Source of the DNA: Nemertoderma westbladi
Lineage: Eukaryota > Animalia > Xenacoelomorpha
Length of the DNA stretch: 64,000 bases
NCBI GenBank assembly: GCA_032718475.1
Contig: JAUCBJ010003564.1
Coordinates: 1 to 64,000, forward strand
Reading direction: 5' to 3'
The position numbers were made by a program, and so were the translations under genes. Positions 41,401 to 56,400 of the stretch are shown here, in pieces (position 1 is the first letter of the stretch; each line of letters begins with the position of its first letter). The notes beneath the pieces were generated by a model. It worked only from the letters and a program-made list of their open reading frames with translations. It was not told where the DNA came from and made no database searches.

Positions 41401-44400
41401 CCCTCCCCGTTTGTCCCACATACATACCCCTAGACTCGATCCACCAGCTGTTGTTCCCTCCTCGTTCGACCCACATACATACCCCTAGACTCTATCCACC
41501 AGCTGTTGTTCCCTCCCCGTTTGTCCCACATACATACCCCTAGACTAGATCCACCAGCTGTAGTCCCTGTTGTTCCTTCCCCGTTCAACCCACATACATA
41601 CCCCTAGACTAGATCCACCAGCTGTGGCTCCCTCCCCGTTCGACCCACATACATACCCCTAGACTCGATCCACCAGCTGTGGCTCCCTCCCCGTTCAACC
41701 CACATACATACCCCTAGACTCGATCCACCAGCTGTTGTTCCCTCCCCGTTCGACCCACATACATACCCCTAGACTAGATCCACCAGCTGTTGTTCCCTCC
41801 CCGTTTGTCCCACATACATACCCCAAGACTCGATCCACCAGCTGTTGTTCCCTCCCCGTTCAACCCACATACATACCCCTAGACTCGATCCACCAGCTGT
41901 TGTTCCCTCCCCGTTCGACCCACATCCATACCCCTAGACTCGATCCACCAGCTGTGGTTCCCTCACCGTTCGACCCACATACATACCCCTAGACTCGATC
42001 CACCAGCTGTTGTTTCCTCCTCGTTCGACCCACATACATACCCCTAGACCCGATCCACCAGCTGTTGTTTCCTCCTCGTTCGACCCACATACATACCCCT
42101 AGACCCGATCCACCAGCTGTGGTTCCCTCCCCGTTCAACCCACATACATACCCCTAGACTCTATCCACCAGCTGTTGTTCCCTCCCCGTTTGTCCCACAT
42201 ACATACCCCTAGACTCGATCCACCAGCTGTGGCTCCCTCCCCGTTCGACCCACATACATACCCCTAGACTCGATCCACCAGCTGTTGTTCCCTCCCCGTT
42301 CGACCCACATACATACCCCTAGACCCGATCCACCAGCTGTGGCTCCCTCCCCGTTCGACCCACATCCATACCCCTAGACTCTATCCACCAGCTGTTGTTC
42401 CCTCCCCGTTCAACCCACATACATACCCCTAGACTCGATCCACCAGCTGTGGTTCCCTCCCCGTTCGACCCACATACATACCCCTAGACTCGATCCACCA
42501 GCTGTTGTTCCCTCCCCGTTCGACCCACATACATACCCCTAGACCCGATCCACCAGCTGTGGCTCCCTCCCCGTTCGACCCACATCCATACCCCTAGACT
42601 CTATCCACCAGCTGTTGTTCCCTCCCCGTTCAACCCACATACATACCCCTAGACTCGATCCACCAGCTGTGGTTCCCTCCCCGTTCGACCCACATACATA
42701 CCCCTAGACCCGATCCACCAGCTGTTGTTCCCTCCCCGTTCGACCCACATACATACCCCTAGACCCGATCCACCAGCTGTGGCTCCCTCCCCGTTCGACC
42801 CACATCCATACCCCTAGACTCTATCCACCAGCTGTTGTTCCCTCCCCGTTCAACCCACATACATACCCCTAGACCCGATCCACCAGCTGTGGCTCCCTCC
42901 CCGTTCGACCCACATACATACCCCTAGACTCGATCCACCAGCTGTTGTTCCCTCCCCGTTCGACCCACATACATACCCCTAGACTCGATCCACCAGCTGT
43001 TGTTCCCTCCCCGTTCGACCCACATACATACCCCTAGACCCGATCCACCAGCTGTTGTTCCCTCCCAGTTCGACCCACATCCATACCCCTAGACTCGATC
43101 CACCAGCTGTTGTTCCTGTTGTTCCCTCCCCGTTCGACCCACATACATACCCCTAGACTCGATCCACCATCTGTTGTTCCCTCCCCGTTCGACCCACATC
43201 CATACCCCTAGACTCGATCCCCCAGCTGTTGTTCCCTCCCCGTTCGACCCACATACATACCCCTAGACTCGATCCACCAGCTGTTGTTCCTGTTGCTCCC
43301 TCCCCGTTCGACCCACATACATACCCCTAGACTCGATCCACCAGCTGTTGTTCCCTCCCCGTTCGACCCACATACATACCCCTAGACCCGATCCACCAGC
43401 TGTTGTTCCCTCCCCGTTCGACCCACATACATACCCCTAGACTCGATCCACCAGCTGTTGTTCCCTCCCCGTTCGACCCACATCCATACCCCTAGACTCG
43501 ATCCACCAGCTGTTGTTCCTGTTGTTCCCTCCCCGTTCGACCCACATCCATACCCCTAGACTAGATCCACCAGCTGTTGTTCCCTGCCCGCTCGACCCAC
43601 ATACATACCCCAAGACTCGATCCACCAGCTGTTGTTCCTGTTGTTCCCTCCCCGTTTGTCCCACATACATACCCCTAGACTAGATCCACCAGCTGTTGTT
43701 CCCTGCCCGCTCGACCCACATACATACCCCAAGACTCGATCCACCAGCTGTTGTTCCTGTTGTTCCCTCCCCGTTTGTCCCACATACATACCCCTAGACT
43801 AGATCCACCAGCTGTTGTTCCTGTTGTTCCCTCCCCGTTTGTCCCACATACATACCCCTAGACTCGATCCACCAGCTGTAGTTCCTGTTGTTCCCTCCCC
43901 GTTTGTCCCACATACATACCCCTAGACTAGATCCACCAGCTGTTGTTCCCTGCCCGCTCGACCCACATACATACCCCAAGACTCGATCCACCAGCTGTTG
44001 TTCCCTCCCCGTTCGACCCACATACATACCCCTAGACCCGATCCACAAGCTGTTGTTCCTGTTGTTCCCTCCCCGTTCGACCCACATCCATACCCCTAGA
44101 CTAGATCCACCAGCTGTGGTTCCCTCCCCGTTCGACCCACATCCATACCCCTAGACTCGATCCACCAGCTGTTGTTCCCTCCCCGTTCGACCCACATACA
44201 TACCCCTAGACCCGATCCACCAGCTGTGGTTCCCTCACCGTTCGACCCACATCCATACCCCTAGACTCGATCCACCAGCTGTTGTTCCCTCCCCGTTCGA
44301 CCCACATACATACCCCTAGACCCGATCCACCAGCTGTGGTTCCCTCACCGTTCGACCCACATACATACCCCTAGACCCGATCCACCAGCTGTGGTTCCCT

Positions 44401-47400
44401 CACCGTTCGACCCACATACATACCCCTAGACCCGATCCACCAGCTGTGGTTCCCTCACCGTTCGACCCACATACATACCCCTAGACTCGATCCACCAGCT
44501 GTTGTTCCTGTTGTTCCCTCCCCGTTTGTCCCACATACATACCCCTAGACTAGATCCACCAGCTGTTGTTCCCTCCCCGTTCGACCCACATACATACCCC
44601 AAGACTCGATCCACCAGCTGTTGTTCCCTCCCCGTTCAACCCACATACATACCCCTAGACTCGATCCACCAGCTGTTGTTCCCTCCCCGTTCAACCCACA
44701 TACATACCCCTAGACTCGATCCACCAGCTGTTGTTCCCTCCCCGTTCAACCCACATACATACCCCTAGACTCGATCCACCAGCTGTTGTTCCTGTTGTTC
44801 CCTCCCCGTTTGTCCCACATACATACCCCTAGACTAGATCCACCAGCTGTTGTTCCCTCCCCGTTCGACCCACATACATACCCCAAGACTCGATCCACCA
44901 GCTGTTGTTCCCTCCCCGTTCAACCCACATACATACCCCTAGACCCGATCCACCAGCTGTGGTTCCCTCCCCGTTCGACCCACATACATACCCCTAGACC
45001 CGATCCACCAGCTGTTGTTCCCTCCCCGTTTGTCCCACATACATACCCCTAGACTAGATCCACCAGCTGTTGTTCCCTGCCCGCTCGACCCACATACATA
45101 CCCCAAGACTCGATCCACCAGCTGTTGTTCCCTCCCCGTTCAACCCACATACATACCCCTAGACTCGATCCACCAGCTGTTGTTCCCTCCCCGTTCAACC
45201 CACATACATACCCCTAGACTCGATCCACCAGCTGTTGTTCCTGTTGTTCCCTCCCCGTTTGTCCCACATACATACCCCTAGACTAGATCCACCAGCTGTT
45301 GTTCCCTCCCCGTTCGACCCACATACATACCCCAAGACTCGATCCACCAGCTGTTGTTCCCTCCCCGTTCAACCCACATACATACCCCTAGACCCGATCC
45401 ACCAGCTGTTGTTCCCTCCCCGTTCAACCCACATACATACCCCTAGACTCGATCCACCAGCTGTTGTTCCCTCCCCGTTCAACCCACATACATACCCCTA
45501 GACTCGATCCACCAGCTGTTGTTCCTGTTGTTCCCTCCCCGTTCAACCCACATACATACCCCTAGACTCGATCCACCAGCTGTTGTTCCTGTTGTTCCCT
45601 CCCCGTTTGTCCCACATACATACCCCTAGACTAGATCCACCAGCTGTTGTTCCCTCCCCGTTCGACCCACATACATACCCCAAGACTCGATCCACCAGCT
45701 GTTGTTCCCTCCCCGTTCAACCCACATACATACCCCTAGACCCGATCCACCAGCTGTTGTTCCCTCCCCGTTCAACCCACATACATACCCCTAGACTCGA
45801 TCCACCAGCTGTTGTTCCCTCCCCGTTCAACCCACATACATACCCCTAGACTAGATCCACCAGCTGTTGTTCCTGTTGTTCCCTCCCCGTTTGTCCCACA
45901 TACATACCCCAAGACTCGATCCACCAGCTGTTGTTCCCTCCCCGTTCAACCCACATACATACCCCTAGACTCGATCCACCAGCTGTTGTTCCTGTTGTTC
46001 CCTCCCCGTTTGTCCCACATACATACCCCAAGACTCGATCCACCAGCTGTTGTTCCCTCCCCGTTCAACCCACATACATACCCCTAGACTCGATCCACCA
46101 GCTGTTGTTCCTGTTGTTCCCTCCCCGTTTGTCCCACATACATACCCCTAGACTCGATCCACCAGCTGTTGTTCCCTCCCCGTTCGACCCACATACATAC
46201 CCCTAGACTCGATCCACCAGCTGTTGTTCCTGTTGTTCCCTCCCCGTTTGTCCCACATACATACCCCTAGACTAGATCCACCAGCTGTTGTTCCCTCCCC
46301 GTTCAACCCACATACATACCCCTAGACTCGATCCACCAGCTGTTGTTCCTGTTGTTCCCTCCCCGTTTGTCCCACATACATACCCCTAGACTAGATCCAC
46401 CAACTGTTGTTCCCTCCCCGTTCAACCCACATACATACCCCAAGACCCGATCCACCAGCTGTTGTTCCCTCCCCGTTCAACCCACATACATACCCCTAGA
46501 CTCGATCCACCAGCTGTTGTTCCCTCCCCGTTCAACCCACATACATACCCCTAGACGTGATCCACCAACTGTTGTTCCCTCCCCGTTCAACCCACATACA
46601 TACCCCTAGACTCGATCCACCAGCTGTTGTTCCCTCCCCGTTCAACCCACATACATACCCCTAGACTCGATCCACCAGCTGTTGTTCCCTCCCCGTTCGA
46701 CCCACATACATACCCCAAGACTCGATCCACCAGCTGTTGTTCCTGTTGTTCCCTCCCCGTTTGTCCCACATACATACCCCTAGACTCGATCCACCAGCTG
46801 TGGTTCCCTCCCCGTTCGACCCACATACATACCCCTAGACTCGATCCACCAGCTGTTGTTCCCTCCCCGTTCAACCCACATACATACCCCTAGACCCGAT
46901 CCACCAGCTGTTGTTCCCTCCCCGTTCAACCCACATACATACCCCTAGACCCGATCCACCAGCTGTGGTTCCCTCCCCGTTCGACCCACATACATACCCC
47001 TAGACTCGATCCACCAGCTGTTGTTCCCTCCCCGTTCAACCCACATACATACCCCTAGACCCGATCCACCAGCTGTTGTTCCCTCCCCGTTCAACCCACA
47101 TACATACCCCTAGACTCGATCCACCAGCTGTTGTTTCCTCCTCGTTCGACCCACATACATACCCCTAGACGTGATCCACCAACTGTTGTTCCCTCCCCGT
47201 TCAACCCACATACATACCCCTAGACCCGATCCACCAGCTGTTGTTTCCTCCCCGTTCAACCCACATACATACCCCTAGACCCGATCCACCAGCTGTTGTT
47301 TCCTCCCCGTTCAACCCACATACATACCCCTAGACGTGATCCACCAACTGTTGTTCCCTCCCCGTTCAACCCACATACATACCCCTAGACCCGATCCACC

Positions 47401-50400
47401 AGCTGTTGTTTCCTCCCCGTTCAACCCACATACATACCCCTAGACGTGATCCACCAACTGTTGTTCCCTCCCCGTTCAACCCACATACATACCCCTAGAC
47501 CCGATCCACCAGCTGTGGTTCCCTCCCCGTTCGACCCACATACATACCCCTAGACTCGATCCACCAGCTGTTGTTCCCTCCCCGTTCGACCCACATACAT
47601 ACCCCTAGACCCGATCCACCAGCTGTTGTTCCCTCCCCGTTCGACCCACATACATACCCCTAGACTAGATCCACCAGCTGTTGTTCCCTCCCCGTTCGAC
47701 CCACATACATACCCCTAGACTCGATCCACCAGCTGTTGTTCCCTCCCCGTTCGACCCACATACATACCCCTAGACCCGATCCACCAACTGTTGTTCCCTC
47801 CCCGTTCAACCCACATACATACCCCTAGACCCGATCCACCAGCTGTTGTTCCCTCCCCGTTCGACCCACATACATACCCCTAGACTCGATCCACCAGCTG
47901 TTGTTCCCTCCCCGTTCGACCCACATACATACCCCTAGACCCGATCCACCAACTGTTGTTCCCTCCCCGTTCAACCCACATACATACCCCTAGACCCGAT
48001 CCACCAGCTGTTGTTCCCTCCCCGTTCGACCCACATACATACCCCTAGACCCGATCCACCAACTGTTGTTCCCTCCCCGTTCAACCCACATACATACCCC
48101 TAGACCCGATCCACCAGCTGTTGTTCCCTCCCCGTTCGACCCACATACATACCCCAAGACTCGATCCACCAGCTGTTGTTCCCTCCCCGTTCGACCCACA
48201 TACATACCCCTAGACTAGATCCACCAGCTGTTGTTCCCTCCCCTTTCGACCCACATACATACCCCTAGACTCGATCCACCAGCTGTTGTTCCCTCCCCGT
48301 TCGACCCACATACATACCCCTAGACCCGATCCACCAACTGTTGTTCCCTCCCCGTTCAACCCACATACATACCCCTAGACCCGATCCACCAGCTGTTGTT
48401 CCCTCCCCGTTCGACCCACATACATACCCCTAGACTCGATCCACCAGCTGTTGTTCCCTCCCCGTTCGACCCACATACATACCCCTAGACCCGATCCACC
48501 AACTGTTGTTCCCTCCCCGTTCAACCCACATACATACCCCTAGACCCGATCCACCAGCTGTTGTTCCCTCCCCGTTCGACCCACATACATACCCCTAGAC
48601 CCGATCCACCAACTGTTGTTCCCTCCCCGTTCAACCCACATACATACCCCTAGACCCGATCCACCAGCTGTTGTTCCCTCCCCGTTCGACCCACATACAT
48701 ACCCCTAGACTCGATCCACCAGCTGTTGTTCCCTCCCCGTTCGACCCACATACATACCCCTAGACCCGATCCACCAACTGTTGTTCCCTCCCCGTTCAAC
48801 CCACATACATACCCCTAGACTCGATCCACCAGCTGTTGTTCCCTCCCCGTTCGACCCACATACATACCCCTAGACCCGATCCACCAACTGTTGTTCCCTC
48901 CCCGTTCAACCCACATACATACCCCTAGACCCGATCCACCAGCTGTTGTTCCCTCCCCGTTCGACCCACATACATACCCCTAGACTCGATCCACCAGCTG
49001 TTGTTCCCTCCCCGTTCGACCCACATACATACCCCTAGACTCGATCCACCAGCTGTTGTTCCCTCCCCGTTCGACCCACATACATACCCCTAGACTCGAT
49101 CCACCAACTGTTGTTCCCTCCCCGTTCAACCCACATACATACCCCTAGACCCGATCCACCAGCTGTTGTTCCCTCCCCGTTCGACCCACATACATACCCC
49201 TAGACCCGATCCACCAGCTGTTGTTCCCTCCCCGTTCAACCCACATACATACCCCTAGACTCGATCCACCAGCTGTTGTTCCCTCCCCGTTCGACCCACA
49301 TACATACCCCTAGACTCGATCCACCAGCTGTTGTTCCCTCCCCGTTCGACCCACATACATACCCCTAGACCCGATCCACCAGCTGTTGTTCCCTCCCCGT
49401 TCAACCCACATACATACCCCTAGACTCGATCCACCAGCTGTTGTTCCCTCCCCGTTCGACCCACATACATACCCCTAGACCCGATCCACCAGCTGTTGTT
49501 CCCTCCCCGTTCAACCCACATACATACCCCTAGACCCGATCCACCAGCTGTTGTTCCCTCCCCGTTCGACCCACATACATACCCCTAGACTCGATCCACC
49601 AGCTGTTGTTCCCTCCCCGTTCGACCCACATACATACCCCTAGACTCGATCCACCAAGCTGTTGTTCCCTCCCCGTTCAACCCACATACATACCCCTAGA
49701 CCCGATCCACCAGCTGTTGTTCCCTCCCCGTTCGACCCACATACATACCCCTAGACTCGATCCACCAGCTGTTGTTCCCTCCCCGTTCGACCCACATACA
49801 TACCCCTAGACTCGATCCACCAGCTGTTGTTCTCCTCCCCGTTCAACCCACATACATACCCCTAGACTAGATCCACCAGCTGTTGTTCCCTCCCCGTTCA
49901 ACCCACATACATACCCCTAGACGTGATCCACCAGCTGTTGTTCCCTCCCCGTTCAACCCACATACATACCCCTAGACTCGATCCACCAGCTGTTGTTCCC
50001 TCCCCGTTCAACCCACATACATACCCCTAGACTCGATCCACCAGCTGTTGTTCCCTCCCCGTTCAACCCACATACATACCCCTAGACTCGATCCACCAGC
50101 TGTTGTTCCCTCCCCGTTCAACCCACATACATACCCCTAGACTAGATCCACCAGCTGTTGTTCCCTCCCCGTTCAACCCACATACATACCCCTAGACGTG
50201 ATCCACCAACTGTTGTTCCCTCCCCGTTCAACCCACATACATACCCCTAGACTAGATCCACCAGCTGTTGTTCCCTCCCCGTTCAACCCACATACATACC
50301 CCTAGACTCGATCCACCAGCTGTTGTTCCCTCCCCGTTTGTCCCACATACATACCCCTAGACTCGATCCACCAGCTGTTGTTCCCTCCCCGTTCGACCCA

Positions 50401-53400
50401 CATACATACCCCTAGACTAGATCCACCAGCTGTGGTTCCCTCCCCGTTCAACCCACATACATACCCCTAGACTCGATCCACCAGCTGTTGTTCCCTCCCC
50501 GTTCGACCCACATACATACCCCTAGACTAGATCCACCAGCTGTTGTTCCCTCCCCGTTCGACCCACATACATACCCCTAGACTAGATCCACCAGCTGTTG
50601 TTCCCTCCCCGTTCGACCCACATACATACCCCTAGACTCGATCCACCAGCTGTTGTTCCCTCCCCGTTCAACCCACATACATACCCCTAGACTAGATCCA
50701 CCAGCTGTTGTTCCCTCCCCGTTCGACCCACATACATACCCCTAGACTCGATCCACCAGCTGTTGTTCCCTCCCCGTTCAACCCACATACATACCCCTAG
50801 ACTCGATCCACCAGCTGTTGTTCCCTCCCCGTTCGACCCACATACATACCCCTAGACTAGATCCACCAGCTGTTGTTCCCTCCCCGTTCGACCCACATAC
50901 ATACCCCTAGACTCGATCCACCAGCTGTTGTTCCCTCCCCGTTCGACCCACATACATACCCCTAGACTAGATCCACCAGCTGTTGTTCCCTCCCCGTTCG
51001 ACCCACATACATACCCCTAGACTCGATCCACCAGCTGTTGTTCCCTCCCCGTTCGACCCACATACATACCCCTAGACTCGATCCACCAGCTGTGTTCCTG
51101 TTGTTCCCTCCCCGTTCGTCCCACATACATACCCCTAGACTCGATCCACCAGCTGTTGTTCCCTCCCCGTTCGACCCACATACATACCCCTAGACTCGAT
51201 CCACCAGCTGTTGTTCCCTCCCCGTTCGACCCACATACATACCCCTAGACTCGATCCACCAGCTGTTGTTCCCTCCCCGTTCGACCCACATACATACCCC
51301 TAGACTCGATCCACCAGCTGTTGTTCCCTCCCCGTTCGACCCACATACATACCCCTAGACTCGATCCACCAGCTGTTGTTCCCTCCCCGTTCGACCCACA
51401 TACATACCCCTAGACTCGATCCACCAGCTGTTGTTCCCTCCCCGTTCGACCCACATACATACCCCTAGACTCGATCCACCAGCTGTTGTTCCCTCCCCGT
51501 TCGACCCACATACATACCCCTAGACTCGATCCACCAGCTGTTGTTCCCTCCCCGTTCGACCCACATACATACCCCTAGACTCGATCCACCAGCTGTTGTT
51601 CCCTCCCCGTTCGACCCACATACATACCCCTAGACTCGATCCACCAGCTGTTGTTCCCTCCCCGTTCGACCCACATACATACCCCTAGACTCGATCCACC
51701 AGCTGTTGTTCCCTCCCCGTTCAACCCACATACATACCCCTAGACTCGATCCACCAGCTGTTGTTCCCTCCCCGTTCAACCCACATACATACCCCTAGAC
51801 TCGATCCACCAGCTGTTGTTCCCTCCCCGTTCGACCCACATACATACCCCTAGACTCGATCCACCAGCTGTTGTTCCCTCCCCGTTCAACCCACATACAT
51901 ACCCCTAGACTCGATCCACCAGCTGTTGTTCCCTCCCCGTTCGACCCACATACATACCCCTAGACTCGATCCACCAGCTGTTGTTCCCTCCCCGTTCGAC
52001 CCACATACATACCCCTAGACTCGATCCACCAGCTGTTGTTCCCTCCCCGTTCGACCCACATACATACCCCTAGACTAGATCCACCAGCTGTTGTTCCCTC
52101 CCCGTTCGACCCACATACATACCCCTAGACTCGATCCACCAGCTGTTGTTCCCTCCCCGTTCGACCCACATACATACCCCTAGACTAGATCCACCAGCTG
52201 TTGTTCCCTCCCCGTTCGACCCACATACATACCCCTAGACTGATCCACCAGCTGTTGTTCCCTCCCCGTTCGACCCACATACATACCCCTAGACTCGATC
52301 CACCAGCTGTTGTTCCCTCCCCGTTCGACCCACATACATACCCCTAGACTCGATCCACCAGCTGTTGTTCCCTCCCCGTTCGACCCACATACATACCCCT
52401 AGACTCGATCCACCAGCTGTTGGTTCCCTCCCCGTTCGACCCACATACATACCCCTAGACCCGATCCACCAGCTGTTGTTCCCTCCCCGTTCGACCCACA
52501 TACATACCCCTAGACTCGATCCACCAGCTGTTGTTCCCTCCCCGTTCGACCCACATACATACCCCTAGACTCGATCCACCAGCTGTTGTTCCCTCCCCGT
52601 TCAACCCACATACATACCCCTAGACTCGATCCACCAGCTGTTGTTCCCTCCCCGTTCGACCCACATACATACCCCTAGACTCGATCCACCAGCTGTTGTT
52701 CCCTCCCCGTTCGACCCACATACATACCCCTAGACTCGATCCACCAGCTGTTGTTCCCTCCCCGTTCGACCCACATACATACCCCTAGACTCGATCCACC
52801 AGCTGTTGTTCCCTCCCCGTTCGACCCACATACATACCCCTAGACTCGATCCACCAGCTGTTGTTCCCTCCCCGTTCGACCCACATACATACCCCTAGAC
52901 TCGATCCACCAGCTGTTGTTCCCTCCCCGTTCGACCCACATACATACCCCTAGACTCGATCCACCAGCTGTTGTTCCCTCCCCGTTCGACCCACATACAT
53001 ACCCCTAGACTAGATCCACCAGCTGTTGTTCCCTCCCCGTTCGACCCACATACATACCCCTAGACTCGATCCACCAGCTGTTGTTCCCTCCCCGTTCGAC
53101 CCACATACATACCCCTAGACTCGATCCACCAGCTGTTGTTCCCTCCCCGTTCGACCCACATACATACCCCTAGACTCGATCCACCAGCTGTTGTTCCCTC
53201 CCCGTTCGACCCACATACATACCCCTAGACTCGATCCACCAGCTGTTGTTCCCTCCCCGTTCGACCCACATACATACCCCTAGACTCGATCCACCAGCTG
53301 TTGTTCCCTCCCCGTTCGACCCACATACATACCCCTAGACTCGATCCACCAGCTGTTGTTCCCTCCCCGTTCGACCCACATACATACCCCTAGACTCGAT

Positions 53401-56400
53401 CCACCAGCTGTTGTTCCCTCCCCGTTCGACCCACATACATACCCCTAGACTCGATCCACCAGCTGTTGTTCCCTCCCCGTTCGACCCACATACATACCCC
53501 TAGACTCGATCCACCAGCTGTTGTTCCCTCCCCGTTCGACCCACATACATACCCCTAGACTAGATCCACCAGCTGTTGTTCCCTCCCCGTTCGACCCACA
53601 TACATACCCCTAGACTCGATCCACCAGCTGTTGTTCCCTCCCCGTTCGACCCACATACATACCCCTAGACTCGATCCACCAGCTGTTGTTCCCTCCCCGT
53701 TCGACCCACATACATACCCCTAGACTCGATCCACCAGCTGTTGTTCCCTCCCCGTTCGACCCACATACATACCCCTAGACTCGATCCACCAGCTGTTGTT
53801 CCCTCCCCGTTCGACCCACATACATACCCCTAGACTCGATCCACCAGCTGTGGTTCCCTCCCCGTTCGACCCACATACATACCCCTAGACCCGATCCACC
53901 AGCTGTTGTTCCCTCCCCGTTCGACCCACATACATACCCCTAGACTAGATCCACCAGCTGTTGTTCCCTCCCCGTTCGACCCACATACATACCCCTAGAC
54001 TCGATCCACCAGCTGTTGTTCCCTCCCCGTTCGACCCACATACATACCCCTAGACTAGATCCACCAGCTGTTGTTCCCTCCCCGTTCGACCCACATACAT
54101 ACCCCTAGACTCGATCCACCAGCTGTTGTTCCCTCCCCGTTCGACCCACATACATACCCCTAGACTCGATCCACCAGCTGTTGTTCCTGTTGTTCCCTCC
54201 CCGTTCGACCCACATACATACCCCTAGACTCGATCCACCAGCTGTTGTTCCCTCCCCGTTCGACCCACATACATACCCCTAGACTCGATCCACCAGCTGT
54301 TGTTCCCTCCCCGTTCGACCCACATACATACCCCTAGACTCGATCCACCAGCGGTCCTGTTGTTCCCTCCCCGTTCGTCCCACATACATACCCCTAGACT
54401 CGATCCACCAGCTGTTGTTCCTGTTGTTCCCTCCCCGTTCGTCCCACATACATACCCCTAGACTAGATCCACCAGCTGTTGTTCCTGTTGTTCCCTCCCC
54501 GTTTGTCCCACATACATACCCCTAGACTAGATCCACCAGCTGTTGTTCCCTCCCCGTTCGACCCACATACATACCCCTAGACTCGATCCACCAGCTGTTG
54601 TTCCTGTTGTTCCCTCCCCGTTTGTCCCACATACATACCCCTAGACTCAGATCCACCAGCTGTTGTTCCTGTTGTTCCCTCCCCGTTCGTCCCACATACA
54701 TACCCCTAGACTCGATCCACCAGCTGTTGTTCCCTCCCCGTTCGACCCACATACATACCCCTAGACTCGATCCACCAGCTGTTGTTCCCTCCCCGTTCGA
54801 CCCACATACATACCCCTAGACTAGATCCACCAGCTGTTGTTCCCTCCCCGTTCGACCCGCATACATACCCCAAGACTCGATCCACCAGCTGTTGTTCCTG
54901 TTGTTCCCTCCCCGTTTGTCCCACATACATACCCCTAGACTCGATCCACCAGCTGTGGTTCCCTCCCCGTTCGACCCACATACATACCCCTAGACTAGAT
55001 CCACCAGCTGTTGTTCCCTCCCCGTTCGACCCACATACATACCCCTAGACTAGATCCACCAACTGTTGTTCCCTCCCCGTTCGACCCACATACATACCCC
55101 TAGACTAGATCCACCAGCTGTTGTTCCCTCCCCGTTTGTCCCACATACATACCCCTAGACTCGATCCACCAGCTGTTGTTCCCTCCCCGTTCGACCCACA
55201 TACATACCCCTAGACTCGATCCACCAGCTGTTGTTCCCTCCCCGTTCGACCCACATACATACCCCTAGACTAGATCCACCAGCTGTTGTTCCCTCCCCGT
55301 TTGTCCCACATACATACCCCTAGACTCGATCCACCAGCTGTTGTTCCCTCCCCGTTCGACCCACATACATACCCCTAGACTAGATCCACCAGCTGTTGTT
55401 CCCTCCCCGTTCGACCCACATACATACCCCTAGACTAGATCCACCAGCTGTTGTTCCCTCCCCGTTCGACCCACATACATACCCCTAGACTAGATCCACC
55501 AACTGTTGCTCCCTCCCCGTTCGACCCACATACATACCCCTAGACTCGATCCACCAGCTGTTGTTCCCTCCCCGTTCAACCCACATACATACCCCTAGAC
55601 TAGATCCACCAGCTGTTGTTCCCTCCCCGTTTGTCCCACATACATACCCCTAGACTCGATCCACCAGCTGTTGTTCCTGTTGTTCCCTCCCCGTTTGTCT
55701 CACATACATACCCCTAGACTCGATCCACCAGCTGTGGTTCCCTCCCCGTTCGACCCACATACATACCCCTAGACCCGATCCACCAGCTGTTGTTCCCTCC
55801 CCGTTCGACCCACATACATACCCCTAGACTAGATCCACCAGCTGTTGTTCCCTCCCCGTTTGTCCCACATACATACCCCAAGACTCGATCCACCAGCTGT
55901 TGTTCCTGTTGTTCCCTCCCCGTTTGTCCCACATACATACCCCTAGACTCGATCCACCAGCTGTTGTTCCCTCCCCGTTCGACCCACATACATACCCCTA
56001 GACTAGATCCACCAGCTGTTGTTCCCTCCCCGTTCGACCCACATACATACCCCTAGACTCGATCCACCAGCTGTTGTTCCTGTTGTTCCCTCCCCGTTTG
56101 TCCCACATACATACCCCAAGACTCGATCCACCAGCTGTTGTTCCTGTTGTTCCCTCCCCGTTCGACCCACATACATACCCCTAGACCCGATCCACCAGCT
56201 GTTGTTCCCTCCCCGTTCGACCCACATACATACCCCTAGACTAGATCCACCAGCTGTTGTTCCCTCCCCGTTCGACCCACATACATACCCCTAGACTCGA
56301 TCCACCAGCTGTTGTTCCTGTTGTTCCCTCCCCGTTTGTCCCACATACATACCCCAAGACTCGATCCACCAGCTGTTGTTCCTGTTGTTCCCTCCCCGTT

